This document shows, one piece after another, positions 28,425 to 38,460 of a stretch of DNA of 64,000 nucleotides (positions within the stretch are counted from its first letter, which is position 1; every line of letters begins with the position of its first letter). The stretch comes from Methylobacter sp. (GTDB lineage Bacteria > Pseudomonadota > Gammaproteobacteria > Methylococcales > Methylomonadaceae). The stretch is taken from contig JAQTQN010000002.1 in assembly GCA_028712225.1 (NCBI GenBank), positions 746-64,745 on the forward strand, written 5' to 3'. The position numbers and the translations under genes are program-made. The notes beneath the pieces were generated by a model. The model was not told the origin of the DNA. It made no database searches and saw nothing but the letters and a program-made list of their open reading frames with translations.

Positions 28425-28937
28425 ATGTTTGAACTTATCAAAGTGTTGTTTGAAATTTGTTTGTTTAAAAAAAGCCCTGCATCTTTACCTCATTCTGTGT
28501 GGCTGTTGCGAATACTGTTGCTGATCGATGCCGGTGTGACTGTCTTATTGGTCGGTATGAGCTCCAACTTGACTAGAGCATTGTCGCAAGCGTTTGTTAG
28601 TGTGGCTTTAATCATTGCTTTTGCCTGGATCACACTGGCTATCGCAGGAAAATCAGCGAGATTCACCCAGACCACTTGTGCGCTGTTAGGCACAGATATG
28701 TTGATCAGTTTTTTTGCCATACCAGGAACAGCAACTCTAGCCCTGGGGTACTTTAACGTAATGGTATTTTTGGCAATGACGGGTTTAATTGTGTGGCATT
28801 GGGCTATTACCGGGCATATCATCCGTAATGCTTTGGGTAAATCAGTTGCTTTTAGCTTCGGGTTGGCATTTTTGTATATTTTTACCTCATATCAGGTGAT
28901 GGCATTGTTGTTTCCTGAAATAGTCGTTAATCAATAG
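28425..28937 (+). CDS. Hypothetical inner-membrane protein (about 5 TM)
   Basis: Hydrophobic 170-aa ORF with no motif recognised. Confidence 0.4.
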   Translation: MFELIKVLFEICLFKKSPASLPHSVWLLRILLLIDAGVTVLLVGMSSNLTRALSQAFVSVALIIAFAWITLAIAGKSARFTQTTCALLGTDMLISFFAIPGTATLALGYFNVMVFLAMTGLIVWHWAITGHIIRNALGKSVAFSFGLAFLYIFTSYQVMALLFPEIVVNQ

Positions 28938-28945
28938 GAGTTAAC

Positions 28946-29392
28946 ATGGAAACCTACAAACACATTTTACTGGCCGCCGATTTTTCTGAAAATGGCGGTG
29001 CAGTTACTGAACGTGCTAAGGATTTGGCAGATAAATATCAGGCTAAATTGAGCATCGTCCATGTGATGGATAACTTGTTAATCACCGATGCGGCATATGG
29101 ATCGACTATTCCTTTTGATCTTGATTTGACTGCCGAACTAATGGCCGCTGCTAAAAAGCGTTTGGCGCATCTTGCCGATAAATTAGCCATTCCAGAGGAA
29201 AACCAATGGCTGGAGATGGGGAGTCCTAAATTGGAAATTATCAGAATTGCCGAAGAAAATAATGCGGATTTGATTATTGTCGGTTCACATGGGCGGCATG
29301 GTTTGGCATTATTACTGGGCTCGACTGCAAATGGCGTACTACATCATACCAAGTGTGATGTGTTGGCAGTACGCATTAAAGACGCATCATAA
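28946..29392 (+). CDS. Universal stress protein (UspA family)
   Basis: 148 aa. The N-terminus (ILLAADFS) and the ATP-binding-type motif (IVGSHGRHG...LGSTANGVLHH) are typical of the family. Confidence 0.85.
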   Translation: METYKHILLAADFSENGGAVTERAKDLADKYQAKLSIVHVMDNLLITDAAYGSTIPFDLDLTAELMAAAKKRLAHLADKLAIPEENQWLEMGSPKLEIIRIAEENNADLIIVGSHGRHGLALLLGSTANGVLHHTKCDVLAVRIKDAS

Positions 29393-29427
29393 CTGGCGAT
29401 AAAAATAATAATTACAGGTAGATAAAT

Positions 29428-29847
29428 ATGATTGGAGAAGTGCAAAGCTATGATCCGGAGTCACTCACTGGCGTAATAATAGGTGAGGGATTGCTGTTTG
29501 ATTTTGTAATCCAAGACTGGGAAACCGGAGTGCCGCCCGACGAAGGCGACGCAGTTTATTTTGATGTTGATGATGACAACAACCAAGCAGTTAAAATCCG
29601 GCTGGTTGGTGCTTATTTAGAGCCGCCAAAAGCAGTTAAATCTAAAAATATCGCAGGTATCCTGGCGCTGTTACTGGGGTTTTCCGGCGCTCACAGATTT
29701 TATTTAGGCTTTTACAAGATGGCGGTCGCTCAGCTTGCGCTAACCGCAGCAACCATGGGATTTGGCGCTGTGTGGGGCTTTATTGATGCGTTGTTGATTT
29801 TTACCCGTAACATCGATAAAGATGCCAAAGGTAGACCTTTAAAATAG
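29428..29847 (+). CDS. TM2 domain-containing membrane protein
   Basis: The C-terminal half has two TM helices with the GAHRFYLG motif typical of TM2 domains. Confidence 0.7.
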   Translation: MIGEVQSYDPESLTGVIIGEGLLFDFVIQDWETGVPPDEGDAVYFDVDDDNNQAVKIRLVGAYLEPPKAVKSKNIAGILALLLGFSGAHRFYLGFYKMAVAQLALTAATMGFGAVWGFIDALLIFTRNIDKDAKGRPLK

Positions 29848-29871
29848 ACGTTTGTAGAAAGCAATGAGCAT

Positions 29872-29909
29872 AAAAAAGCCCCTGATGATTACTCATCAGG
29901 GGCTTTTTT
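29872..29909. terminator. Bidirectional rho-independent terminator between convergent genes
   Basis: AAAAAAGCCCCTGATGA-ttac-TCATCAGGGGCTTTTTT: a 12-bp perfect stem with an A-run and a T-run on either side. Confidence 0.75.
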
Positions 29910-29927
29910 AAAGTCGGCTTTTATCGC

Positions 29928-30131
29928 TTATTTAGGGCGAACATTAGTAGCTGTTAAGCCTTTTGGACCATTTTCAACATCAAAGCTGACAGTTTGACCT
30001 TCAGTCAATGTTTTAAATCCGTCACCTTGAATAACAGAATGATGAACGAAAACATCTTCGCCGCCTTCTGCTGGTGCAATAAAACCAAAACCTTTTGTGT
30101 TGTTAAACCACTTTACAGTGCCTGTTGCCAT
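29928..30131 (-). CDS. Cold-shock protein (CspA family)
   Basis: [18 protein letters not shown] (RNP1) and VFVHHS (RNP2). The true start is the internal ATG at 30131 (67 aa), not the track start at 30197. Confidence 0.9.
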   Translation of the reverse strand: MATGTVKWFNNTKGFGFIAPAEGGEDVFVHHSVIQGDGFKTLTEGQTVSFDVENGPKGLTATNVRPK

Positions 30132-30276
30132 TTTAAGAACTCCTAAATAAAAACTTACGGTTAACACAGAACCACACAACATTGATAACCGGACCACCTA
30201 ACATTTAGGAACCTCGTTAACTCAACAGCTGGTTTCTGACGCTTTGTATTGTACTGGTTTTTTTATGATTCTGTCA

Positions 30277-30684
30277 TTAGCAGATTTGGAATAAGCCATC
30301 TAACACCAGAGAGTTTGGACTGATAATGCCCACAATCTTATTATTTTCCAGCACCGGTGCCCTGACTAAGTTGTATTCAGCAAATAATCGCGAGCAATAA
30401 CGAATATCCATATCAGGGTGAACTGAGATTACCGGCTTGCTCATAATTTCATAAACATTGACTCGGCCGGGAGCCCGGTCTTTAGCCAACACATGCCGGG
30501 CAATATCACCACAATTGATCATGCCGTACTCATCGGTTTCATCACGTTTGTTGACCAGCAAAACAGCCGTTTTTAGCGTTTTCATGAGTTTTAGTGCATC
30601 AGCAACCGTTGCAATACCATCTATGGAACCGTAATCAGTTTTCATGACATCGCGAACCCGGATTAAAGTGCGTTTTTCGATCAT
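30277..30684 (-). CDS. CBS-pair domain protein
   Basis: 135 aa with two CBS repeats (VMKTDYGSIDG... and IMSKPVISVHPD...). 4-nt overlap with the upstream PII-like gene. Confidence 0.8.
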   Translation of the reverse strand: MIEKRTLIRVRDVMKTDYGSIDGIATVADALKLMKTLKTAVLLVNKRDETDEYGMINCGDIARHVLAKDRAPGRVNVYEIMSKPVISVHPDMDIRYCSRLFAEYNLVRAPVLENNKIVGIISPNSLVLDGLFQIC

Positions 30685-31043
30685 ATTTTGTCCTCCAATT
30701 CGTGGGTAAGTTCTTCAACCTGACGCGTAACGCCAATAGCGTCTTCAACATCGATCTGGAAGGCGATGCCGGTGCCGGGTGCGCTATCGAATTTAGCTAC
30801 TGACGCGATAGTTTCCAGAATGTGTCGACTGAGATGTTCCTCGACTAACAATAACAACACATCGCGTTGAGTCTCCAGAGTCAAACCGAAAAATGTTTTC
30901 GATTGTTTAAGCCCCTCGCCGCGAGCATTGTTAATAACGGTAGCGCCCTTTGCGCCGTTCTTGCGTGCTGTTTCCAGCACCAGATCAGTTTTGTCATCTT
31001 CGACAAAGGCAATAATCAGTTTGAAATGCATGGGTTTTCTCAA
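30681..31043 (-). CDS. PII-like (GlnB-fold) small regulatory protein
   Basis: 120 aa. The beta-alpha-beta pattern (KLIIAFVEDDKTDLVLETARKNGAKGATV...RGEG) resembles PII-like proteins commonly encoded after DUF1538 genes. Confidence 0.65.
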   Translation of the reverse strand: MRKPMHFKLIIAFVEDDKTDLVLETARKNGAKGATVINNARGEGLKQSKTFFGLTLETQRDVLLLLVEEHLSRHILETIASVAKFDSAPGTGIAFQIDVEDAIGVTRQVEELTHELEDKI

Positions 31044-31816
31044 GATTTAGTGGGACGACGGGGTTTATTGAGCCAGTGCGCAATTTGCGCGTAACTTAAA
31101 ACCGCAATAATAGGAAATGAACAGGCAAAGGCAATCAAGCCGAAGCCATCCAATAATGGGTTGCGACCAGGAACGGTAGAAGCCAAGCCGAGACCTAATG
31201 CGGTCACCAGCGGCACCGTGACCGTTGACGTTGTTACCCCGCCAATGTCATAAGCCAGACCAATAATTTGTTTAGGCGAGAACAGGGTTTGGATAATGAT
31301 AATGACATAGCCGGTGAGAATAAAATAATAAAGCTCCGCACCGACAATAATTCTGTAAGTACCCAGGGCTAAGCCTAACGATACGCCGATGGCAACGGAG
31401 ATGCGTAAGCTCCATGCCCGTATAGTTCCACCGGAAATTTGCTCGGCTTTGTGGGCAACGGCTAACAGTGATGGTTCTGCGAGCGTAGTGGTGAAACCAA
31501 TGCTGGCAGCAAAAATATAGACCCAGCGATAGTTTTGCCAGTTAACAGGAGTGGTGGCGCTTATGCCAAGAAAATCAGGTGAGGTGAGCTGAGTAGCCAT
31601 CAATTTTCCTAATGGAAATAACGCCAGATCTAAACCTTCCAGAAAAAAGGCAATCCCCAGTAGGACATAAATGAAGCCGATCAGCGTTTTTTTCGGGTGC
31701 GGTAGTGGGCGGCGAATAATCAGCAGTTGAAAGCCAATAATAATGGCGGCAATCGGCAAAATATCCCGGCAGGTGCCTAACAATACATTAAGAAAATGTT
31801 CTAGCCACTCGTTCAT
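31040..31816 (-). CDS. DUF1538-family polytopic membrane protein
   Basis: Paralogous to the upstream gene (shared [45 protein letters not shown] and GFGLIAFA motifs). Confidence 0.75.
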   Translation of the reverse strand: MNEWLEHFLNVLLGTCRDILPIAAIIIGFQLLIIRRPLPHPKKTLIGFIYVLLGIAFFLEGLDLALFPLGKLMATQLTSPDFLGISATTPVNWQNYRWVYIFAASIGFTTTLAEPSLLAVAHKAEQISGGTIRAWSLRISVAIGVSLGLALGTYRIIVGAELYYFILTGYVIIIIQTLFSPKQIIGLAYDIGGVTTSTVTVPLVTALGLGLASTVPGRNPLLDGFGLIAFACSFPIIAVLSYAQIAHWLNKPRRPTKS

Positions 31817-32541
31817 CTGAGCATGCCGTAAGTCATTACAAAAATTATCGGTGTTAGCGATGCAAAGGCGATTAAACCAAAGCCGTCAAGCATCGGGTTA
31901 CGGCCTTTGATAGCGGTTGCCAGACCTACGCCTAGCGCTGTGACTAAAGGAACTGTAATGGTTGAAGTGGTAACACCACCGGAATCGTAAGCGATGCCGA
32001 TAATTTCAGGAGGAGCAAACGGCGTAACTACGATAACTGCGCAGTAACCGCCAATAATTAAATAATGAAGCGGCCATCCGCGGATAATTCTGAGTACGCC
32101 GATTAAGATTGCAAACCCCACTGATAAGGCAACAGTGAGTCGTAGCCCTAATGCATAACTGTCTCGAGCTGTGCCGGATTGTTCAATAGCACCGCCTTTG
32201 CTGGCGATATTGGCAGCTTCATCGGCAACGGCAATAAGAGCCGGTTCAGCGATTGTTGTGCCAAAGCCTAAGCAAAAAGCAAAGGTTAGTAACCAAAATA
32301 AACTACCTTTACGGGCAAAAGCGTAAGCCATCGATTCGCCGATCGGAAACAAACTTTGCTCAAGTCCCTGAATAAACAGGGTGAGACCGATTACCACAAA
32401 CAGTGTGCCGATGATTAAATTAGTGACATCGGGAATAGGTTTTTGAATCACCAGCACCTGAAAAATCAGCACCACCGCAAGAATTGGCGCTAAGTCCAGA
32501 AAACTGCTGAATAGTTGTTTGATAAAAGGATTTTTTAGCAT
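31813..32541 (-). CDS. DUF1538-family polytopic membrane protein
   Basis: Same motif set as 31040-31816, with a 4-nt overlap. Confidence 0.75.
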   Translation of the reverse strand: MLKNPFIKQLFSSFLDLAPILAVVLIFQVLVIQKPIPDVTNLIIGTLFVVIGLTLFIQGLEQSLFPIGESMAYAFARKGSLFWLLTFAFCLGFGTTIAEPALIAVADEAANIASKGGAIEQSGTARDSYALGLRLTVALSVGFAILIGVLRIIRGWPLHYLIIGGYCAVIVVTPFAPPEIIGIAYDSGGVTTSTITVPLVTALGVGLATAIKGRNPMLDGFGLIAFASLTPIIFVMTYGMLR

Positions 32542-32789
32542 GGTGGTTCAAATTCCTTGAATGAGTTTTGATTGTATATCAAAGCAAACGAATCATGCCA
32601 TGGAATGACGAGCGTACCTTTAATGACGCTCTTTTTTAGAGCGCTTGATATTTCTTATTCAAGAAGGGAAGGGCGTTCCGCTGCAGTATCATGCCAACGT
32701 GATTCTAATTTGACCAAGGAAATACTGCTTTGATGTCACAGGATCAAGCATTGCTGCTTAGCTGTTCGCAGGATAGTCAAAAAGCCGGT

Positions 32790-33000
32790 AGTGGGTGAAA
32801 TCTGTAATCATGAGTAAATATTCCTCCCAAATTCGACCTTTGCTAATCTCATGTTGGTCAGCGTCCAAATAGCGTGAATAAACTCCCAAATCATGGGTGT
32901 ACCCAAAGGGCATAAATAGTAATGGCTGATACCATAGGGCAAGCAGCGCCAAACACATAAGCGAGCACAGTTAGTGGCATGACCAACGGAATACCACACC
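32790..33000 (-). mobile_element. Internally deleted IS1-family relic
   Basis: A 50-nt terminal sequence about 90% identical to 20472-20521, followed by the fragment LLFMPFGYTHDLGVYSRYLDADQHEISK, which corresponds to RLFMPFGYTDDWGAYERHLDVTKHQVGK in the first copy. Confidence 0.55.
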
Positions 33001-33481
33001 AGCTCTGATTAGACTTGCGCCCTACTATGACCACTGCCATAGGCCTCAGTTTCCAACCTGACCTTCAAGTCACCGTCACGACTCAGGGCCGTCAATCGGG
33101 GGGAGGCCTGCCGTCTTTTTTTAACGTGCTTATCACTGTGTTCTAATCGATCTTCAGTATACTGTCTGTGTCCCGAATGCCACTATCGTTGTGGCTATAT
33201 CCACTAACTGTGCTTTGTACCGGGTTCATAGGCACGGTAGCGGTATTCGAGCATGAAACTCTTGGGGCGCACTCGGAGTTGTCGCTTCGTCCCGCTTTCA
33301 TAAGTTGGTTACTGCAGCAGACAATTTCTTGATAGTCTGTCATCGCTGGGAGTGTATAAGATATTTCAGATTTAACCCACTACCAGTCAAGCCTATTGCC
33401 AGAATCGATGTTATCCATAACTCTCAAATTAGGAGGATTTATGCTTTCAATTCGATTACTTTTTTTGTTGTCAGTGGTTAG

Positions 33482-34711
33482 TTATGCAGTAGTCGACTTA
33501 TCTTGGCGTTTTTTATGTGAATTCATGATTCGTACAGAAAAAATAGCGGTTATAGCGCTTAATACAAAGCCTAATAATACAATCAGGATTTTGTTGGTTT
33601 TCACCGTCTTACCATTCATCATCGCCTTTTTATCAAAACGGAAACTTTGGACATTATTAAAATCAAATGTCATTTGACTCAGCGAAATAAGTCGACTCAT
33701 CAAGCCGGAAAAGCCTTCAATATAAGCATCATTAGCTACAAATGATTTAAAACCATGATTGTTCACTTCAGTTTTTATATTAATAAGATATTGCTTTAAT
33801 TCGGGTATCTGCTCAATAAATTGGGTCGAGCCAGTTCTGTTGCGCAAACCTTGTATTTCGTTGTGTAGATATTCTGTTCCCATCAGAGCCAAGATTTTGT
33901 CTGTATTTCCAATATTCACCTTGGTTTGAGACTTTTCATGTTCTTGAGTTAATGCCTCAATGGTCGTCGGTTTTTTAATAGCCATGGCGTTGGCAATATT
34001 ATAAGCCTCTGTTAAGTTGACCAATTGGGCGACTGTTTCCATCTCTGACTTTTTTTGTAAAGCGATCAGTTCATGTTCAGTGCGTTCTATTTCAAGATTT
34101 CTAAGAGTTCGTCCTTCCTCACTAATACTAGCGATAATGTATTGGTCAGTATATTTTATATATTCGTTAACCATTTCTACGCCTAGTGCTTCATCTTTGG
34201 TTAAAAACTTGACGCCAACTAAAGATGGAGGTGAGTCATTAGGTTCATTTCTCTTTTTTTTAGGCTCCAAAACTTCAATACTGAACTGCTTATAAATGCT
34301 GGTAAACCGTTTATCTATTGACACAGAAGTCTTTGGAGAAAGCTTGTTTAACCAACCATTTTTTATTAGAAACTCTTTGAAATTATCAGCAGACCTTAAT
34401 TGAGAGTAGTACCTATTAAATAGTTCCTGTTGAGAGAATTTTTCAAATCCCCGTGTGCTTAAAACAGCCACGTCTGTCTTGGTCGGTTGAATCAACCGCA
34501 CGTCAATTTCATAAATTTTTGAAATATTCAACGCGTACAAAATAGCAATTATCGTACCAGAAAAAATTATACCTACTAACCATCGCCAGTAAGAAAATAG
34601 CTCTGAAAATACTACCGAATAATTTATCTTTTCTTCTCGCTGATTCATTCCAAAATAAACAGGTTGTGTACATGCATCTAACTTTGTTTCTTGTGAGTTA
34701 TTCTTATTCAT
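33482..34711 (-). CDS. wzz: Wzz-type polysaccharide chain-length determinant (PCP-1 like)
   Basis: 409 aa. TM helices sit near both termini and flank a long coiled-coil periplasmic region. It lies at the end of an O-antigen cluster. Confidence 0.7.
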   Translation of the reverse strand: MNKNNSQETKLDACTQPVYFGMNQREEKINYSVVFSELFSYWRWLVGIIFSGTIIAILYALNISKIYEIDVRLIQPTKTDVAVLSTRGFEKFSQQELFNRYYSQLRSADNFKEFLIKNGWLNKLSPKTSVSIDKRFTSIYKQFSIEVLEPKKKRNEPNDSPPSLVGVKFLTKDEALGVEMVNEYIKYTDQYIIASISEEGRTLRNLEIERTEHELIALQKKSEMETVAQLVNLTEAYNIANAMAIKKPTTIEALTQEHEKSQTKVNIGNTDKILALMGTEYLHNEIQGLRNRTGSTQFIEQIPELKQYLINIKTEVNNHGFKSFVANDAYIEGFSGLMSRLISLSQMTFDFNNVQSFRFDKKAMMNGKTVKTNKILIVLLGFVLSAITAIFSVRIMNSHKKRQDKSTTA

Positions 34712-34938
34712 CGTTTTTATCGATTTAATATTAATTGTGATATAGCCCTATATTGAACACTATTAAAGCGAGCTGTATTTTGCATAATCCGGCGACATCA
34801 TTCGCCCCAATCGGGAGTAGAGTGCCTACATCACCTATATTCGGCTACCTCGTGGCGTTGTCTATCTGGTAGCGATTACTGTCCGGGTTTTGTGCTGCCT
34901 GCTTGGAAAGGCCATCAAGTCTTACGGAATAGTGACCG

Positions 34939-36153
34939 CTACAGTATTTCGAGTCGTTCCTTAGCAGTTAAAATAGTAGCTGCTGCAAGCTGTACTGAAA
35001 AGACATCAGAAAGTAATTGCTTGCCGTTTACGCCCATGGCTTCTCGTAAGGGGGCATTATGTAATAATTTTAAAGCATTATTGAGCAGCCCTTCATCATC
35101 GCTCGTAACAGTCACAAATCCAGCATTTGCTTTTTCAATTACACCCTGTAAATCATTTCCAGGATTAATACTACCCAAAATAGGCTTTTTTTGAGCCATA
35201 TAACTCAATAACTTACCCGGGAAATTGTGCGTAATGTGATCATGATGCAAGCTAAACAAGCCTATATCAAACTCCGCCAGCATTTTTTTATATTCATTTT
35301 GGGTGATCGGCGGTAGTAGCGTCATATTATGACAATCATGTTTTGCTATCGAATTACGCACCAGCTCTACTTCATCTCCAGCGCCTACGAGAACAAAATG
35401 TGCTTTAGGCTCTGAGCGCATCGCTATTGCCAGTCGCACTATATTCATCATATCTTGTGCATGACCGATATTACCGCCATAAAAATAAACCACTTTATTT
35501 TCCAGCCCTAATGCCTTACGGTGATAAAGATTACTTATTTCGACAGTCTCATTAGTGGCCCAATTATATAAAACGTCTAAAGGCTTTTTGACAGAACTGG
35601 TCACTGAAAACCAAGCCAAGTTTTTGGGCGATTGAACACCAATGGTATCCGCGGCACGGTAATTTAAGGCTTCAAAAAATCGGAAGTAACTGATGATCGG
35701 CGATGTTGCGCGCAACATACCATTATCAATTACCCATTGCGGAAAGAAATCACGTAATACTAAGTAACTTGTAGCGCCCCATATCTTTTTTAAACGCGCA
35801 ACCAAACTCCCCCAAAAAATGGTCGGCGAATGATAAATAATCAATTCATGCGGATGCTTCTGGAAATGGGTTTTAAATGCTCGCCACGCAAGATATGACA
35901 GTAATGTCTCGTTGATGGCCCTTTTTACTTTTGAAATATTTTTTATTTTTCCAGAGCGAAAACGGTAAATTGTGACGCCGTCAAGTTGCGTTATTTCAAA
36001 TTTTCTCTCCAAGTCTTGAGAGGGCGTAACTACAGTAACACTATGTCCGCATGATACAAACTCCACGGCCAATTCATGCATCATTTTGGCACTACTCTTT
36101 GTGCTTAGTGGTAAATAATCACAACTAATTAGGCATATTTTCATTTTATACAT
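34939..36153 (-). CDS. GT4 glycosyltransferase (WbuB-like)
   Basis: N-terminus KICLISCDYLP and a C-terminal GT1/GT4 fold. It follows the 2-epimerase and reductase genes, as WbuB-type L-aminosugar transferases do. Confidence 0.75.
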   Translation of the reverse strand: MYKMKICLISCDYLPLSTKSSAKMMHELAVEFVSCGHSVTVVTPSQDLERKFEITQLDGVTIYRFRSGKIKNISKVKRAINETLLSYLAWRAFKTHFQKHPHELIIYHSPTIFWGSLVARLKKIWGATSYLVLRDFFPQWVIDNGMLRATSPIISYFRFFEALNYRAADTIGVQSPKNLAWFSVTSSVKKPLDVLYNWATNETVEISNLYHRKALGLENKVVYFYGGNIGHAQDMMNIVRLAIAMRSEPKAHFVLVGAGDEVELVRNSIAKHDCHNMTLLPPITQNEYKKMLAEFDIGLFSLHHDHITHNFPGKLLSYMAQKKPILGSINPGNDLQGVIEKANAGFVTVTSDDEGLLNNALKLLHNAPLREAMGVNGKQLLSDVFSVQLAAATILTAKERLEIL

Positions 36154-36163
36154 CTAATGAAGA

Positions 36164-37009
36164 TTATTTGTTATATAAGTCTTGGTTATTTTCAATCCAT
36201 TGTCTTAGCTCAATCAGCATAATGTTATAGTCCAATTTATAATATTTAAAATCCTTTCGAGTATTTATCAGGCTTTTATCAAAACTATAATTTTCAAAGG
36301 GTATTATAGTAATATTTTTGTCCCATATTTTGGCAAACAAATGCAACAAATCGTACTTAGATATTTTTTGCTCAGGGCATAATTGAAAAAGCCCCGTTAT
36401 ACTTTGTTTAATCAATTGATTGGTTGCTTTTGCCAATTCCAGCGATGTTACACCTGACCAATAGGCTTGTGTATAGCCATTGATCTCTCCGGATTGCTCA
36501 AAAAACCAACCCAGAATACCTACGCCATTTTTTTTTAACTCAGGCCCAACAATAGACGTCCGAATAGTTAAATCCTTGTTATTAATAATTTCGCCTAAGG
36601 CTTTAGTTCTTGCGTAAATATCATCGCCATCCCTAAAATCATCTTCTTTATATTGCCCTTCTTTGCCAGAAAAAACACAATCAGTACTAATATTTATTAA
36701 TTTAAAATTTAATGTACTGCCTAGATCAGAAAGGAAATGTGGAAAATAACTGTTAATTAAAATAGCCGTAGGTATATTATTTCTTGACTGTTGTACAAGC
36801 AACCCAATGCAGTTAATTACTATGGCGGGCCTTAGTTCATTTAAGTAATGTTCAACACGGGGAAAATCAAGAATGTCTAATTGTTTGGTAACATACTTCC
36901 CTTTATTACGGGCGATACCAAATACCTCGTACTCATCAAGTGAACTAAGATATTCAGCCATAATATGTCCGGCCATACCTAATACACCTAAAATAACTAT
37001 TTTTTGCAT
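36164..37009 (-). CDS. RmlD-like NAD(P)-dependent sugar-nucleotide 4-reductase (WbvR/FnlB-type role)
   Basis: Rossmann motif ILGVLGMAGHI, a YARTK catalytic motif and a length of 281 aa typical of the RmlD substrate-binding family. Confidence 0.7.
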   Translation of the reverse strand: MQKIVILGVLGMAGHIMAEYLSSLDEYEVFGIARNKGKYVTKQLDILDFPRVEHYLNELRPAIVINCIGLLVQQSRNNIPTAILINSYFPHFLSDLGSTLNFKLINISTDCVFSGKEGQYKEDDFRDGDDIYARTKALGEIINNKDLTIRTSIVGPELKKNGVGILGWFFEQSGEINGYTQAYWSGVTSLELAKATNQLIKQSITGLFQLCPEQKISKYDLLHLFAKIWDKNITIIPFENYSFDKSLINTRKDFKYYKLDYNIMLIELRQWIENNQDLYNK

Positions 37010-37010
37010 A

Positions 37011-38138
37011 TTAATATACTTTCCAAACCGTTTTTTTTATGTAATCTAGATAACTAAAAATAATTCTGACTACTTTTTTAGAGACATTGTCGACATCATA
37101 ATCTTCAACAATATGTGTTACTTGCGGATTTTCCTGCCACTGCTCTGTAATAATTTTTATCGCATTGAGAATATCGTCGCTTTTTAAACCCGCCATAATA
37201 AGTGTGCCTTCATCCATCCCTTCAGGGCGTTCATGTGCCTGACGAATAGTAATCGCCGGGAAACCTAATATGGACGACTCTTCAGTAATAGTGCCACTAT
37301 CTGAAATTGCACAAAAAGCATTTTTTTGTAGGGCGATATAATCAAAAAAACCTAGTGGTTTCATAAACTCAATCAGGGGATTGAAATACATATACTCTAA
37401 AGACTCCAGTTTTTTTCTGGTACGGGGATGAGTTGAAACAATAATTCTTTTTTTATACTGCTCAGCGATCTTGTTAAGTGCGGTTAAAAAATCAGAAAAA
37501 TTTTCTTTAGAATCGATATTTTCTTCACGATGCACGCTAACGATAAAAAACTCGCCGAATTGCAAATCAAGACGGGTAATAACATCTGAATCTTCGATGT
37601 CTTTTTTATGAAAAAATAAGACTTCTTTCATAGAAGAACCTGTTTTAATAATGGTTTCAGGTCTAATACCTTCTCCTATCAAATAACGACGGGCATGATC
37701 GGTCAAGGTCATGTTTATATCGCTTAGTTGATCAACAATTTTTCGGTTAATCTCTTCTGGAACCCGCTGATCAAAACAACGATTTCCTGCCTCCATGTGA
37801 AAAATTGGGATTTTTCTGCGTTTTGCAGAAATGACTGCAAGGCAGCTATTGGTGTCACCATACAATAAAAGCCCATCAGGTTTTAATGCTGCGAATAATT
37901 CATCAGATTTGGCAATTACATTGCCAATAGTCTGTGCTGGATTGTCTGCTGCGGCATTTAAAAAATAATCCGGTTTTTTTATACCCATCTCAGTAAAAAA
38001 AACTTGATTTAGCTCGTAATCATAATTTTGCCCAGTGTGGACTAAAATATGCTCGGTATATTTTTCCAGCTCTGCTATTACCCGACTTAATTTAATGATT
38101 TCAGGGCGCGTACCTACAATGGTCATGATTTTTTTCAT
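37011..38138 (-). CDS. UDP-N-acetylglucosamine 2-epimerase family (non-hydrolysing, FnlC/WbvD-like)
   Basis: IVGTRPEIIKLSRVI, HTGQNYD, DTNS and HREEN motifs. Confidence 0.9.
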   Translation of the reverse strand: MKKIMTIVGTRPEIIKLSRVIAELEKYTEHILVHTGQNYDYELNQVFFTEMGIKKPDYFLNAAADNPAQTIGNVIAKSDELFAALKPDGLLLYGDTNSCLAVISAKRRKIPIFHMEAGNRCFDQRVPEEINRKIVDQLSDINMTLTDHARRYLIGEGIRPETIIKTGSSMKEVLFFHKKDIEDSDVITRLDLQFGEFFIVSVHREENIDSKENFSDFLTALNKIAEQYKKRIIVSTHPRTRKKLESLEYMYFNPLIEFMKPLGFFDYIALQKNAFCAISDSGTITEESSILGFPAITIRQAHERPEGMDEGTLIMAGLKSDDILNAIKIITEQWQENPQVTHIVEDYDVDNVSKKVVRIIFSYLDYIKKTVWKVY

Positions 38139-38199
38139 GTGCTGATATTCTTGCTTTAAGTTATCTATTTAAATATAGAGGAACAATCCTGGAAAACCC

Positions 38200-38460
38200 C
38201 TTCACTTTGATAAACTTAGTGTGAGCGGCACTAACACATAATCGGTATTACATAGGGTTGTATCAATATTATTAATCGAGCGTACATCACCAATATAAAA
38301 TTGATATTGATGTTGTTATAAAACAGTGGCATGTCGTACTGCTTTTTTCATCACAACAAAATATGCTACTTTCGCCAATATGAGAATTAAAAAACCTTTC
38401 CAGTAACTCCTTGCTAAAAGAGCCGATGCCGCCTGTGATAAGAAGGTTTTTATTAAACAT
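38200..38460 (-). pseudogene. Remnant of an FnlA/CapD/WbvB-type UDP-GlcNAc 4,6-dehydratase (N-terminal ~85 codons, frameshifted)
   Basis: The minus strand from ATG 38460 reads MFNKNLLITGGIGSFSKELLERFFNSHIGESSIFCCDEK, then needs shifts to read KQYDM...N and FYIGDVRSINNIDTTLCNTDYVLVPLT. An in-frame stop follows about 57 codons in, and the rest of the gene is absent. Confidence 0.6.

Noticed and set aside
20472-33000. The idea that the two IS1 fragments form a composite transposon carrying 20.5-33 kb
   Set aside because: Both copies are truncated or decayed and are in direct, not inverted, orientation. The cargo is core metabolism (pfp, ndh, tRNAs, ABC-F, cspA), and no target duplication is visible.
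34712-34938. A JUMPStart/ops element (GGCGGTAG) near the O-antigen genes
   Set aside because: Only a near-match (CGAGGTAGC on the minus strand) was seen upstream of wzz, and there is no exact ops 8-mer. It is also at the wrong end of the operon. Not supportable by eye.
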